DNA of 63,409 nt, counting the filler, from Octopus bimaculoides (lineage: Eukaryota), in assembly GCF_001194135.2 (NCBI RefSeq). It is 5 parts of 5 records of this genome, joined end to end, with 100 filler letters (N's around TTAATTAATTAA, not from the genome) between each part and the next. Parts side by side here need not be neighbours in the genome. Positions count along the whole stretch, not along the records: positions 36,534 to 56,383 come from NC_069008.1; positions 56,484 to 59,908 come from NC_068981.1; positions 60,009 to 63,409 come from NW_026308171.1; 2 more parts are not named here. One strand, written 5' to 3'. A program made the translations under genes and the position numbers. Position 1 is the first letter of the stretch, and every line of letters starts with the position of its first letter. The notes beneath the pieces were generated by a model. It ran no database searches. It saw only the letters and a list, made by a program, of their open reading frames with translations, and was not told the origin of the DNA. Shown one piece after another: positions 50,561 to 63,046 of the stretch.

Positions 50561-51895
50561 GTGACAAAAGGACAGAAGTAGGGACTTTTCCAGATCCCGT
50601 CAAAATCCATACAGTGTCCCTTTCTACTACCCACTTGAAGGGTTACCTACACTAACAGCTTTTTTCCTGTTATTTAACCCCTACAGCGATTCCCTCCACA
50701 TACACTTCCTGCTCTGGTTTAATCCCTAAAAAATATTTCTAAACACAGAACTTTCCTGTGGGGTCAAATTTGCCCTTTATCCTCCCAAGGGCACAGGAGT
50801 GAGTGTGTGTGTTTGTGTGTGTGGTGGTGGAGTCAACCACAATAGCAGCCAGCTGGCTATTAGGGGCCAGGAAGGGATCAATATATCTAATTCCAACTAA
50901 CCCCTCCTCTCATAATTCAAGGCCTTGTGTCTGGCCTATGATAAAAGTAACAACATGAAAGGCGGTGGGGGGCATGGGTAGGGGGATATAAGCTGAAGTG
51001 TGTGTGTGTATGTGTATGCTCATGTATGTATGTGCGCAAGTATGTATGTATGTATTTGTGCATATGAGTGTGAACAGGCATGTGTGTGTATGTGTATGTA
51101 TGTATGTGCCTGAATGATCATGCGTGTGTGAGGGTGTACATGTGCATGAATGTGTGTATATATGTGAAAGTGTGTATGTACAAGTGTATGTGTGAGTGCA
51201 TGCATGTGTGTGTGTGTGTAGAAACGATTAGCCAAGAAGTGAATTATTTTTTTTTTATAACGTAAAAGATTAATGAAGAGAGGATAAACAAACGGACTGA
51301 GAAGGATGCGNNNNNNNNNNNNNNNNNNNNNNNNNNNNNGGGGGGGGGCGGTTTAATGAGCTGAGAGACGAAAAGAGAGACACACAGACAGGAGAGAAAG
51401 ATGAAGACATACAGATGAGGAGTGAGGGAGGGAGGGAAAGAAAGAAAGAAAGATGAAGAGACAAAGAGAGATAAACAGAGAAATGTAACATTAATCCATA
51501 AGATTAAACTATAAACTGATTTTTAAGGACTACCAGCATATATATACACACACATATATATATATATACACATATATATACACACACGTGTATACATATG
51601 TGTGTATACATACATATGTGTATATATGGGGATTTATANNNNNNNNNNNNNNNNNNNNNNNNNNNNNNNNNNNNNNNNNNNNNNNNNNNNNNNNNNNNNN
51701 NNNNNNNNNNNNNNNNNNNNNNNNNNNNNNNNNNNNNNNNNNNNNNNNNNNNNNNNNNNNNNNNNNNNNNNNNNNNNNNNNNNNNNNNNNNNNNNNNNNN
51801 NNNNNNNNNNNNNNNNNNNNNATATATATATATATACACATATATACTGCAGCTGAACACTATATATTATAACTCTCTCTTTTTACTCTCTTTTA

Positions 51896-52292
51896 CTCTT
51901 TTACTTGTTTCAGTCATTTGACTGCGGCCATGCTGGAGTACCGCCTTTAGTCGAGCAAATCAACCCCAGGACTTATTCTTTATAAGCCAAGTACTTATTC
52001 TATCGGTATCTTTTGCCGAACCGCTAAGTTACAGGGACGTAAACACACCAGCATCGGTTGTCAAGCGACGCTGGGGGACAAACACAGACACACAAACACA
52101 TACATACACATACATATATATATATATATACGATGGTTTTCTTTCAGTTTCCGTCTACCAAATCCCCTCACAAGGCTTTGGTCGGCCCGAGGCTATAGTA
52201 GAAGGCACTTGCCCAAGGTGCCACGCAGTGGGACTGAACCCGGAACCATGTGGTTGGTAAGCAAGCTACTTACCACACAGCCACTCCTACGC
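51896..52292 (-). mobile_element. Full-length SINE family B (young)
   Basis: Head, internal (TA/CA)n and tail are all present with many CpGs retained. Confidence 0.9.
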
Positions 52293-52623
52293 CTATAAGC
52301 TCATTATTATAACACATTCATATATCCCTACGTACATAGACATCCTTTCTTATTTTCGCACAAGGCCAACAATCCTGAAGGGTGAGAAAATCGATTACAT
52401 TGACCCGGATGCTCAACTGGTCTTTAATTTATCAACCCCACTACAAAAAAAAAAAAAAAAGATAAAATGGCAAAGTGAACCTCAGTAGAATTTGAATCCA
52501 GGACCTCAAGGCAGATGATATGCTACTAAACATTTTGTCAGGAATGCTAATGATTCAGCCAGCTCACTGCTTTGTATATACAGATATGCATGCACCACAG
52601 ATGCACACAGATACATATCTAGG

Positions 52624-53015
52624 TGCAGGTGTGGCAGTGTGGTAAGAAGCTTGCCTCCTAACCACATGGTTCCAGGTTCAGTCCCACCTTGGTCAAGTGC
52701 CTTCTACTATAGCCTAGGGCCAACCAAAGCCTTGTGAGTGGATTTGGTAGACGGAAACTGAAAGAAGTCTGTTGTATATACATATATATATATATATATA
52801 CATGTGTTCTTGTGTGTATGTTTGTTCCCTCACCATTGCTTGATAACCGATGTTGGTGTGTTTATGTCCCTGTAACTTAGCAGTTCGGCAATAGAATAAG
52901 TAAGTACTAGGCTTACAAAGAATAAGTCCTGGGGTTGATTTCTCCGACTAAAAAAACCCCTTTAAACGATGCTCCAGCATGACCGCAGTCACATGAGTGA
53001 AACAAGTAAAAGAAG
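52624..53015 (+). mobile_element. Full-length SINE family B
   Basis: GCAGGTGTGGCAGTGTGGTAAGAAGC...GCTCCAGCATGACCGCAGTCACATGAGTGAAACAAGTAAAAGA. Confidence 0.85.
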
Positions 53016-53029
53016 AAAAGAAATAAACC

Positions 53030-53222
53030 CACTGGTGTCACACAAATGGCACTGGTGGCGGTGGCACACAAAAGCACCCATTACACTCTCAGAGTGGTGG
53101 GCATTAGGAAGGGCATCCAGCCGTAGAAACCATGTGAAATCAGACCAGAGCCTGGTACAGCTTTCCAGCTTAGCAATTCCATTCAAACCGTCCAACCCAT
53201 GCCAGCAAGGACAATGGACATT
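53030..53222 (+). mobile_element. RTE-LINE-type 3' UTR fragment (others at about 31975-32098 and 58925-59125)
   Basis: AAAAGCACCC..ACACTCTC.GAGTGGT.GGCATTAGGAAGGGCATCCAGCCGTAGAAAC...CCGTCCAACCCATGCCAGCA. Confidence 0.7.
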
Positions 53223-53231
53223 CAACAATGC

Positions 53232-53570
53232 ACAGGAGTGGCTGTGTGGTTAGAAACTTGTTTTCCAACCACATGGCTCTGGGTTCAGTCCCACTGCATG
53301 GCACCTTAGGTAAGTATCTTCTGCTATAGCCTTGGGCCAACCAAACCCTTGTCAATGGATTTGGTAGACAGAAACTTAAAGGAGCCCATCATATATCTAT
53401 ATATATTCATATATGATGGGCTTCTTTTCAGTTGCCGTCTACCAAATCCACTTACAAGGCTTCAATCAGCTCAAGGCGGTAGCAGAAGACACCTATCCAA
53501 GGTGCCACGCAGTGGAACTGAACCCAGAACCATGTGGTTGGGAAGCAAGCTTCTTGCCACACAGCCACTA
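53232..53570. mobile_element. Two SINE family B heads in inverted (tail-to-tail) orientation
   Basis: 53232-53395 is forward and 53413-53570 reverse, around a TA-rich spacer. Confidence 0.8.
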
Positions 53571-53572
53571 CT

Positions 53573-53786
53573 GAGTATCGTGCTGTCATAAAGTAGCTTC
53601 ATTTGAAAGGCATGACTCCATCAGAAATCCATGAAGATACGGTGAGAACCTTAACAGACAATGCTCCTTCATATGCAGCAGTCAAACGCTGGGTAAATGA
53701 ACTCAAGCGTGGAAGATGATCCTACACCAGGGAGACCTCCAACTGCAACCACCGAGGACAACATTGACCTTGCTCTTGGTATGATA
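53573..53786 (+). mobile_element. mariner transposase N-terminal HTH relic
   Basis: EYRAVIK*LHLKGMTPSEIHEDTVRTLTDNAPSYAAVKRWVNELKRG / EDDPTPGRPPTATTEDNIDL (stop plus frameshift); contains the typical mariner motifs VKRW..xKRG and DxxRxGRP. Confidence 0.85.
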
Positions 53787-53937
53787 ATATATATATACAC
53801 CCTAAGACGCAAATAGATATACCTACACATCAACAGAGCTACATAGATTTTTTGCAAACATCTGGCAGACATTTAAGCTACCAGTTGAAAGTTCTGTATG
53901 CTGGATCGTCGTGGGCTTATTGGCTTCAGATATGAAG

Positions 53938-54425
53938 GAACATGGCTCAGTGGTAAGAGTGTCAGGTTCACAATCATGAGGTCGTGAGTTCGAATCCCGG
54001 ACTGGAATGTGTGCTGTGTTCTTGAGCAAGACACTTTATCTCATGTTGCTCCAGTTAGCTCATCTGCAGAAAGGAGTTGCAACATCACCGGTGCCAAGCT
54101 GTATTAGCCCCTTTGCCTTTCCCTGGGATAACATCGACGGCATGGAGAGGAGAGGCTGGTTTGCATGGGCAGCGACTGGTGGTCACCCATAAACAACCTT
54201 GGCTGGAACTTGTGCCTTGCAGGAGAACTTTCTAGATGCAATCCAATGGTCATTCATGACTAAAGGTGGACTTTACCCATTACCCTATGTACATATAATG
54301 ACATGGAAGGGAGAGGCTGGTATGCATGCGCGACTGCTGGTCTTCCATAAACAACCTTGCCCAGACTTGTGCCTCGGAGGGAAACCTTTTAGGTGCAATC
54401 CTATGGTCATGCATGACTGAAGGAT
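53938..54425 (+). mobile_element. SINE family C with a duplicated 3' tail (about 54140-54280 and 54305-54425)
   Basis: ATGGCTCAGTGGTAAGAG...GTGAGTTCGAATCCCGG head; GGGAGAGGCTGGT.TGCATG.GCGACTG.TGGTC occurs twice. Confidence 0.85.
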
Positions 54426-55157
54426 GAAATTTTTTTTATGGGCTTCAGAAGAGATTGTGAGCCATTTTGGGGCCTTCCTCTCAACGACAGCATTATTGCA
54501 CACTGCTCACTGAAATGAGGGCTCATTTGCTAGGTCATATGGTAACTAGGCTTCGCTCAATATTCTTCTACATATTACTCATCGTTTCTGTTTCATCAAA
54601 TCTGTATCTACACTAATATATATATATAGATCACACACACACGTACACATACAGATGATAGGCAAACAGACAGACAGACAAATAAACGGGCAGACAGACA
54701 GACAAATAGTTGGAGAGATTAAACAGATAAATAGATGGAGAGGTAGATACATGGACAGACAGACACAGATAGATAGATACAGGTAGATCGATCCATAGAT
54801 AGATAGATAGATAGATCGATAGACAGACAGGCAGATAGAGAGATAGACAGATAGACAGATAGATAGATAGATAGAGATAGATTGACAGACAGATGGATGG
54901 ATTTATACATATACAGATGGATAGATACATAGATACGTGTAGGCAAATACAGATATATACACACGCACACACATACGACACAAGTACGCCATGTTTCTAT
55001 TATAGGTACACAACAACCCTACGCATTACTGCAGATGCTGATGCAAGATTGGAGACAAGAAGGCCTCTGGCAGTAAAAGCTGCTGCCCTTTCTTTGTAAA
55101 GTGCGGATGTAATACGACGCCGCCGTTCAGATTCTCGTTAATACATAAGACAATAGA

Positions 55158-55650
55158 GTGTGATTTGAAGATTTGACTGCTATTTCTAACAGGTCTAGCA
55201 ACCATGTAGAAGGTCACCCTCGTTGGTTCAAACGAACACACACACATACACACACAACAGTAGATCGTGATTTGAGGGAGATTTGTACCAGGTCGAGCTA
55301 CTATGTAGAGGTCTCTCTCATTGTCTCATACATACTATACATAAGCCAGTAGTGTGATTTGAGGGAGATTTGGTTGCTATTTCTAGCAGGTCTAGCTACC
55401 AATGTCCAGGTCTCCCTCATTGGCTCATACATACATTTATACATACATAAGACTGTGATTTGAAGGAGATTTGGCTGCTATTTCTAGCAGGTCTAGCTAC
55501 CAATGTTCAGGTCTCCCTCATTGGCTCATACATACATTTATACATACATAAGACTGTGATTTGAGGGAGATTTGGCTGCTATTTCTAGCAGGCCTAGCTA
55601 CCAATGTCCAGGTCTCCCTCATTGGCTCATACATACATTTATACATAGAA
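55158..55650 (+). repeat. Tandem array of a short dispersed element: three near-identical 101-bp units (55353, 55454, 55555) plus two diverged upstream units
   Basis: TGTGATTTGAGGGAGATTTGGCTGCTATTTCTAGCAGGTCTAGCTACCAATGTCCAGGTCTCCCTCATTGGCTCATACATAC... with a period of 101 bp. Confidence 0.9.
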
Positions 55651-56003
55651 AAGACAGTAGTAGGGTGGTTCTACGGAGACTTCGACGATATTTCTTCCAG
55701 GTCGAATGCCCCCCCCCCTTATGTCTCCCTCATTTTATATACATAAATGTACGACTATGACAATAGCAAACAAACAAACAATTAAAAAAATGACACCTAG
55801 GGGCGCCATCCGTATCAAAGCCTAATAGTGAAGTGGACAGTAGTAACACAGTTGGCACAGTAAAACCGAGTAATTTTTATGCATGCGTGAGTGTATCGAT
55901 GTATGTACACAAAAATGCGTGTTATATACCTTGCATAAATCAGTTCCCGCTCTGAGATTGCTAGCTTCAACCATCATATATATATATACATATATTTTTA
56001 TTT

Positions 56004-56222
56004 ATATAAGGGCATTACTATACAATAATGTCTCACGCTATGAGGGACTCTAAGGTCAGACTACCATAAAAAAAAACACATTTTTACCGAACGCGAGGAA
56101 ATGCAGCTCTCAAAACCAACCCCTTAAAAACTCGCGTTCGGTAAAAATGTGTCTTTTATGGTAGTCTGACCTTAGAGTCCCTTCATAGCGTGAGGCATTA
56201 TAGTATAGTAATGCCCTTATAT
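56004..56222. mobile_element. MITE-like element with about 93-bp terminal inverted repeats and a 33-bp spacer
   Basis: ATATAAGGGCATTACTATA...TTTTTACCGAACGCGAG / CTCGCGTTCGGTAAAAA...TATAGTAATGCCCTTATAT; TA flanks on both sides. Confidence 0.85.
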
Positions 56223-56483
56223 GAATAAATAAACATATATTTCGGGAATAAATGATGGATTTTTTCCCTTATGAGGTTTTTTTTCACGCTAGCTACTTGA
56301 TAAATTCTTGTAAAAGAATTCGTCCTATTATTGAATTTATATATACATATATATATTATTGTTTTCTGGGGAGAATTTTGCAANNNNNNNNNNNNNNNNN
56401 NNNNNNNNNNNNNNNNNNNNNNNNNNNTTAATTAATTAANNNNNNNNNNNNNNNNNNNNNNNNNNNNNNNNNNNNNNNNNNNN

Positions 56484-56528
<45 letters not shown>

Positions 56529-57028
56529 AATGTACATACATTCATACATACACACAGATATATATATGTGTTTCAGTTTATCTTGCTTTGTTTTCTGCAT
56601 TGTTTTTATTTTTCCTGTTTGATTTTTATTTCCCTTCCCTTTCCCAGCTTCATTTGGAAAGCTTTTAGTATTCCCAATGGTAATGTAACAATGAAAGAAC
56701 GGTAGTTATTATTGAAAGCTTGTCTCCTGTTCCTTGCTGGACTAGTGGACCTTGATCAGATACAATCACAGAGACTTAATCACCACCACTGCCACCACTA
56801 CCATTCACTATGCTGACTCCTATGCTCTTCTCTTTCCTTTGAGCAGTTTATAGTGAACCAAGTCAAGGGACTGGAAAGTGAAGCCTTCCATTACCAACAC
56901 CAACTCTATCTGCACTTCATCCAACACTCCCATCTCTGCTTCCATTTGTTAGTGTTCTGGTTGCTGTTGTTAATCAGAGAAAGAAATTACATGGAATTCA
57001 AATTTCACATTCAAACAGAGACATACAC

Positions 57029-57059
<31 letters not shown>

Positions 57060-58285
57060 TGTATGTATGTATGTATGTATGTATGTATGTATGTATGCAT
57101 GCAAGTATGTATGTATTTATGAGTATATATACATGTATATATCTCTGCATGCATGTAGTCTCCATGTGAACATTATATGCGTGTGTGTTCACATACACAT
57201 AGTTTTTATGCTTGAAACAATCATCAGTATGTCTGTTTCCTATATATGTATACTTAAATATTTGTTAACTTGGCATGCATATGTATAAACATACATGTAT
57301 GCATAGAGAAATGCTTATAAGCACATATATATTTAAACATACATGCACACACATATATATGCATATACACATATAAGCAAACATACAAACATACAAACAA
57401 TTTATGATAGAAACTAAAGATTCTTGAACTGACAGATTTTTACTTTTAACAGTAAATGGTTTCCAGTAAGTACATACAGAAACATACTTAAAGAGATATA
57501 CTGGGACATAAGGTATTGTAGGAAAGCACATATCTACTCACTTGGTCATACATATACAGGAAGCAATCACAGATATTTCCATACTTTTTACAAACAGCAT
57601 ACATACATCATACAGATTCGCATTATTCTTAGAATGGAGAGAAAATCTAGACACACAAACACATACATATTTGCATAGTGTCACTTCTCTCCTTCTTTTG
57701 TCTTTNNNNNNNNNNNNNNNNNNNNNNNNNNNNNNNNNNNNNNNNNNNNNNNNNNNNNNNNNNNNNNNNNNNNNNNNNNNNNNNNNNNNNNNNNNNNNNN
57801 NNNNNNNNNNNNNNNNNNNNNNNNNNNNNNNNNNNNNNNNNNNNNNNNNNNNNNNNNNNNNNNNNNNNNNNNNNNNNNNNNNNNNNNNNNNNNNNNNNNN
57901 NNNNNNNNNNNNNNNNNNNNNNNNNNNNNNNNNNNNNNNNNNNNNNNNNNNNNACACAAACACATACATATTTGCATAGTGTCACTTCTCTCCTTCTTTT
58001 GTCTTTGCATGTTCTGTTTAGTTCAATCCAATTTATGAAAGCATATTGGCATGTTATCTTCAAAATGGTACAAAGTGAATGCTGTTTCTTGCTTTTTCTC
58101 CATATATTTGTCTATATTTGTCCATTTGCTCATTTTATGTCTGTATTTTTCATGCTAGCATGGGTTAGATAAATCTATTAGTGAGATGATGTTTTACAGC
58201 TGGATACCTTATGTATTTTCAAGTAAATAATCCAGTCTTGACCATTCAGACCTGTGTATGTGTGTGTGACTGTATGCATCTTTTA

Positions 58286-58630
58286 TCTTTTACTAGTTTC
58301 AGGCATCAGACTGCGGTCATGCTAGAGCACTGCCTTGAAGAATTTTAGTGGAATGAATGAATCGACCCCAGTACTTATGTTTTTTTTTAAAGCTTAATAC
58401 TTATTCTATTGGTCTCTTTTGCAAGTTACGGGGATATAAACACACCAGCATCTGTCACGTGGTAGGTGGGAGAAACACTGACACAATGACACAAACACAT
58501 AGATATATACATATATGTATATAATGGGCTTCTTTTAGTTTCCTTCTACCAAATCCACTCACAGGGCTTTGGTTGGCCTAAGACTACAGTAGAAGTCACT
58601 TGCCCAAGGTGTCAAGCAGTGGGACTGAAT
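58286..58630 (-). mobile_element. SINE family B, older CpG-decayed copy
   Basis: TTTTACTAGTTTCAG...ATCGACCCCAGTACTTAT...GGGCTTCTTTTAGTTTCC.TCTACCAAATCCACTCAC. Confidence 0.75.
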
Positions 58631-58860
58631 CCATAACTAGGTATGTATAAGTATTCAGTAAATAAATACATTAGTTTTACAACTATTTTCTTGTTCTAGC
58701 ATGAATTGGATGAAGATTTATTTTGTAGTAGCATATTGTGGCCAAATGCTCTTTTTGTTGCCAACTTTTGCTTGTTTTTCAAAGAAGTGATTCCTTTATC
58801 CCACTGGTCTTTGAACTGGAAATGTTAGAGATGACAAAGTTGTGTGATGTCAACATGTCC

Positions 58861-58911
<51 letters not shown>

Positions 58912-59874
58912 CACACGCGCATGCGTGCGTGCTGGTGCCATGTAAAAAGCATTTGTACTGGTGCCAAATTAAAAGCACTCTGCTCACACTGTAAAGTGGG
59001 TAGCATTAGGAAGGGCATCCACCTGTAGAAACCAAGCCAAATCAGACTAGAATTTGGTGCTGCTCATCAGCTTGCCAGCTCTAGTCAAACCGTCCAATCC
59101 ATGCCAGCATGGAAAACAGACATTACATGGCTTTGATTGGCCTGCAGCTGTGCTAGAAGGTTGCCTAAGGTATTGCACAGTATGACTGAACTCAAGACCA
59201 TATGGTTGTGAAGTAAACTTTTTCCCAGTGATAATTCAGAGGGAGATTTACCAATCATTCATTTAATGCCTAGAAACTGGAACTAAACACTAGCTGTTAA
59301 ATGCTCCTTTTGTCTTAGGAGACTTTTTTTTTTACATTACTATTCATTAGTTCATTTGTTTTGTCTGCTTTCTCACAGCTTGGATAGAGTGGGAGGTATT
59401 TAATGCAAAATTTTTAAAGCTGAATGCTCTTCTATTAATGAACATTTACCTGTATTTCAAGTAAGAGATTTTTGTATTTCAGTGGAATTTGAAAGTTCAG
59501 AGCAAGCTGACAATTTGTAATAGGCAATGTTAATGAATGCTACCATTTGTAACCATAGCCCTGTACAGATTTTAAGCATTTACATAGACAGAAACATGCT
59601 CACATACACATGCACAGTTCAACTTCCCAGACCCCAGTTGAACTGTGCATGTGTATATGAGAGTGTGTATGCGCATGTGGAAGATGGCTAGTGGCATTGA
59701 CATGTGTGCATGTGAAGGTGTGTGGATGATGGTGTAGGTGCTGGGAAGTGGTCAGTGCTAGTGTGTTTGCGGTGGAGAGATGTGGTGTGGTGTTGTATGG
59801 TGGTGTGTGGTGTGGTGGGGTTGAGGTGTGGGGGAAGTGAGAATCGGGGAAGCAATATATATATATTTTATATG

Positions 59875-59908
<34 letters not shown>

Positions 59909-60008
59909 NNNNNNNNNNNNNNNNNNNNNNNNNNNNNNNNNNNNNNNNNNNNTTAATTAATTAANNNNNNNNNNNNNNNNNNNNNNNNNNNNNNNNNNNN
60001 NNNNNNNN

Positions 60009-60064
<56 letters not shown>

Positions 60065-60999
60065 CTATAAATATGCTTATGTATGACTATATATACATAT
60101 CCTTATACATATATATGTATGTGTGTGTATGTGCGTGTATGTGCATATGTATGCGCGCATGTGTGTGTGTGTGTGTGTGTGTGTGTATCTGAGTATGCCT
60201 TCCGCTAACGCTTGAGAACGGTGTTAATGCGTTTACATCCCCGAAACATAGTGGTTCCGCAAAGTGAGAAACGGAAGAAGTACCAGGCTTAAAAAATTAA
60301 ACGCTGGGATCGATTCCTTCGACTAAAATTCTCCAAGGAAATGACCTAGCCTGGCTGCTGTCCAATGACTGTAAGCAGCAAAAGATAAACGATGAAAGAT
60401 ACACACACGCTCATATATATATCTATATATCTATATGTATATATATATATATATATACATATATATANNNNNNNNNNNNNNNNNNNNNNNNNNNNNNNNN
60501 NNNNNNNNNNNNNNNNNNNNNNNNNNNNNNNNNNNNNNNNNNNNNNNNNNNNNNNNNNNNNNNNNNNNNNNNNNNNNNNNNNNNNNNNNNNNNNNNNNNN
60601 NNNNNNNNNNNNNNNNNNNATATATTGTTTACTGATTGATTTTTCAAATCATTAATTTGCAAATATTATTCTAATGTATTTTCATGCAAAACTACACTTG
60701 ATCAAAAAATTCCCTCCAAAAATGAATGTTTGGAAGGGGTATTTTCTAAATATAACTCAGAGGAGGAAAAGAAGGAAAGGAGGAAAAAGAAGGAAAAAGG
60801 AAGAAAAAAGAAAAAAAGGGTGGAAGAGAGAAATAAAGCAAAATGACTTTCAGTGATGATCAAACTGCACCTTTTCTTTTTGTTAAGAGGTCACCATTCT
60901 TAAACCTATTCCAATACAATGGTAAAGGAAAAGTAAATAAATAAATGAATGAATCCGAATAGGAAGGTAGACACCTCTTCTCTCTCTATTTTGCTCTAC

Positions 61000-61073
<74 letters not shown>

Positions 61074-61264
61074 ATCTATCTATCTATCTATATTTCTATC
61101 TATCTATCTATCTATCTATCTTATAGTTTCTTCAACGACAATATTGACCAAGGTTACCGTGGTCTTTTCCGTAGGCTTTTCTTTCCACGGCTAAACTTAA
61201 ACTGTCCCCTCTTTTTACACGAGAACATGACTGTAATACACGATGCCTATTGATCGTTTTTTTT

Positions 61265-61410
61265 TCGATCCCTTTGGATCGAACTCCCCCCTTTTTCCCT
61301 TCCTACGATCCCTTTTGATCGACACACCCCTATTTGTTTTTCGATCCCTTTTGATCGAACTCCCCCCTTTTTCCCTTCCTACGATCCCTTTTGATCGACA
61401 CACCCCATTT
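61265..61410. repeat. 76-bp tandem duplication carrying four CGATC-CCTTTT-GATCG hairpins
   Basis: Hairpins start at 61266, 61306, 61342 and 61382. Confidence 0.85.
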
Positions 61411-61490
61411 TTTTTCCCTCCCAAAAAGAAAAGCTCTACATTGTATTTGTCCCATCTTTGTTGACCCCTGTGTGGCTAATAAAAGAAATG

Positions 61491-61561
<71 letters not shown>

Positions 61562-61849
61562 TTATGAGCCTATGGACTTACCTATATTTCTATCTATGCA
61601 TCTCCATTGTCATGGAACCTCACCAAAAAAATCAAAACAAAACAAAAACGATGTTCTCTTCTAAACAACCCCCGCCAACAACTTTTATATAAATGAACAG
61701 GCTGTTTGTACATTCACAAGATTTTATTTGACAAGTTCTAAAAAGGAACGAAAGCGTTAATAATAAGAAAGAAATAAAAGGATTTTTTTTTCCAAAATTC
61801 TGACGAATTTTTTCTCAATATTCAATTTCTGTACATCGCACAAAACACC

Positions 61850-61906
<57 letters not shown>

Positions 61907-63000
61907 NNNNNNNNNNNNNNNNNNNNNNNNNNNNNNNNNNNNNNNNNNNNNNNNNNNNNNNNNNNNNNNNNNNNNNNNNNNNNNNNNNNNNNNNNNNNNN
62001 NNNNNNNNNNNNNNNNNNNNNNNNNNNNNNNNNNNNNNNNNNNNNNNNNNNNNNNNNNNNNNNNNNNNNNNNNNNNNNNNNNNNNNNNNNNNNNNNNNNN
62101 NNNNNNNNNNNNNNNNNNNNNNNNNNNNNNNNNNNNNNNNNNNNNNNNNNNNNNNNNNNNNNNNNNNNNNNNNNNNNNNNNNNNNNNNNNNNNNNNNNNN
62201 NNNNNNNNNNNNNNNNNNNNNNNNNNNNNNNNNNNNNNNNNNNNNNNNNNNNNNNNNNNNNNNNNNNNNNNNNNNNNNNNNNNNNNNNNNNNNNNNNNNN
62301 NNNNNNNNNNNNNNNNNNNNNNNNNNNNNNNNNNNNNNNNNNNNNNNNNNNNNNNNNNNNNNNNNNNNNNNNNNNNNNNNNNNNNNNNNNNNNNNNNNNN
62401 NNNNNNNNNNNNNNNNNNNNNNNNNNNNNNNNNNNNNNNNNNNNNNNNNNNNNNNNNNNNNNNNNNNNNNNNNNNNNNNNNNNNNNNNNNNNNNNNNNNN
62501 NNNNNNNNNNNNNNNNNNNNNNNNNNNNNNNNNNNNNNNNNNNNNNNNNNNNNNNNNNNNNNNNNNNNNNNNNNNNNNNNNNNNNNNNNNNNNNNNNNNN
62601 GTTTGTCCCCCCCACTATCACTTGACAACCGATGCTGGTGTGTTTACGTCCCCGTAACTTACCGGTTCGGCATAAAACAGCGATAAAACGTTTCGAGTAA
62701 TCTACATTTTCAATGAAATAACTCCCTTCATATATTGGGGCTCTAGATCCGTCTGAACAAAATAATTTTTCTTCCTATTATATCACAAAGTATTACCATT
62801 TGTTATTTTCAGTCATTTCAAAAAACGGACCACATTTCTAAAATAACTCTAACACACGCGCACATTTATACCTCCACTGATAAACAGAGATATATCTTAT
62901 ATATGAAAACAAAATTGCTTAAGTTTATTGTCTGGTCTGTTACGGAGACATAACGTATGCATTTACACATACACACACATTACACACACATTACACACAC

Positions 63001-63046
<46 letters not shown>

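Noticed and set aside
55353-55650. CRISPR-like array
   Set aside because: Units are whole tandem copies with no unique spacers, there are no cas genes, and the context is eukaryotic.
57648-58006. Direct repeat of about 55 bp either side of a gap
   Set aside because: Most simply overlapping contig ends that were not merged.
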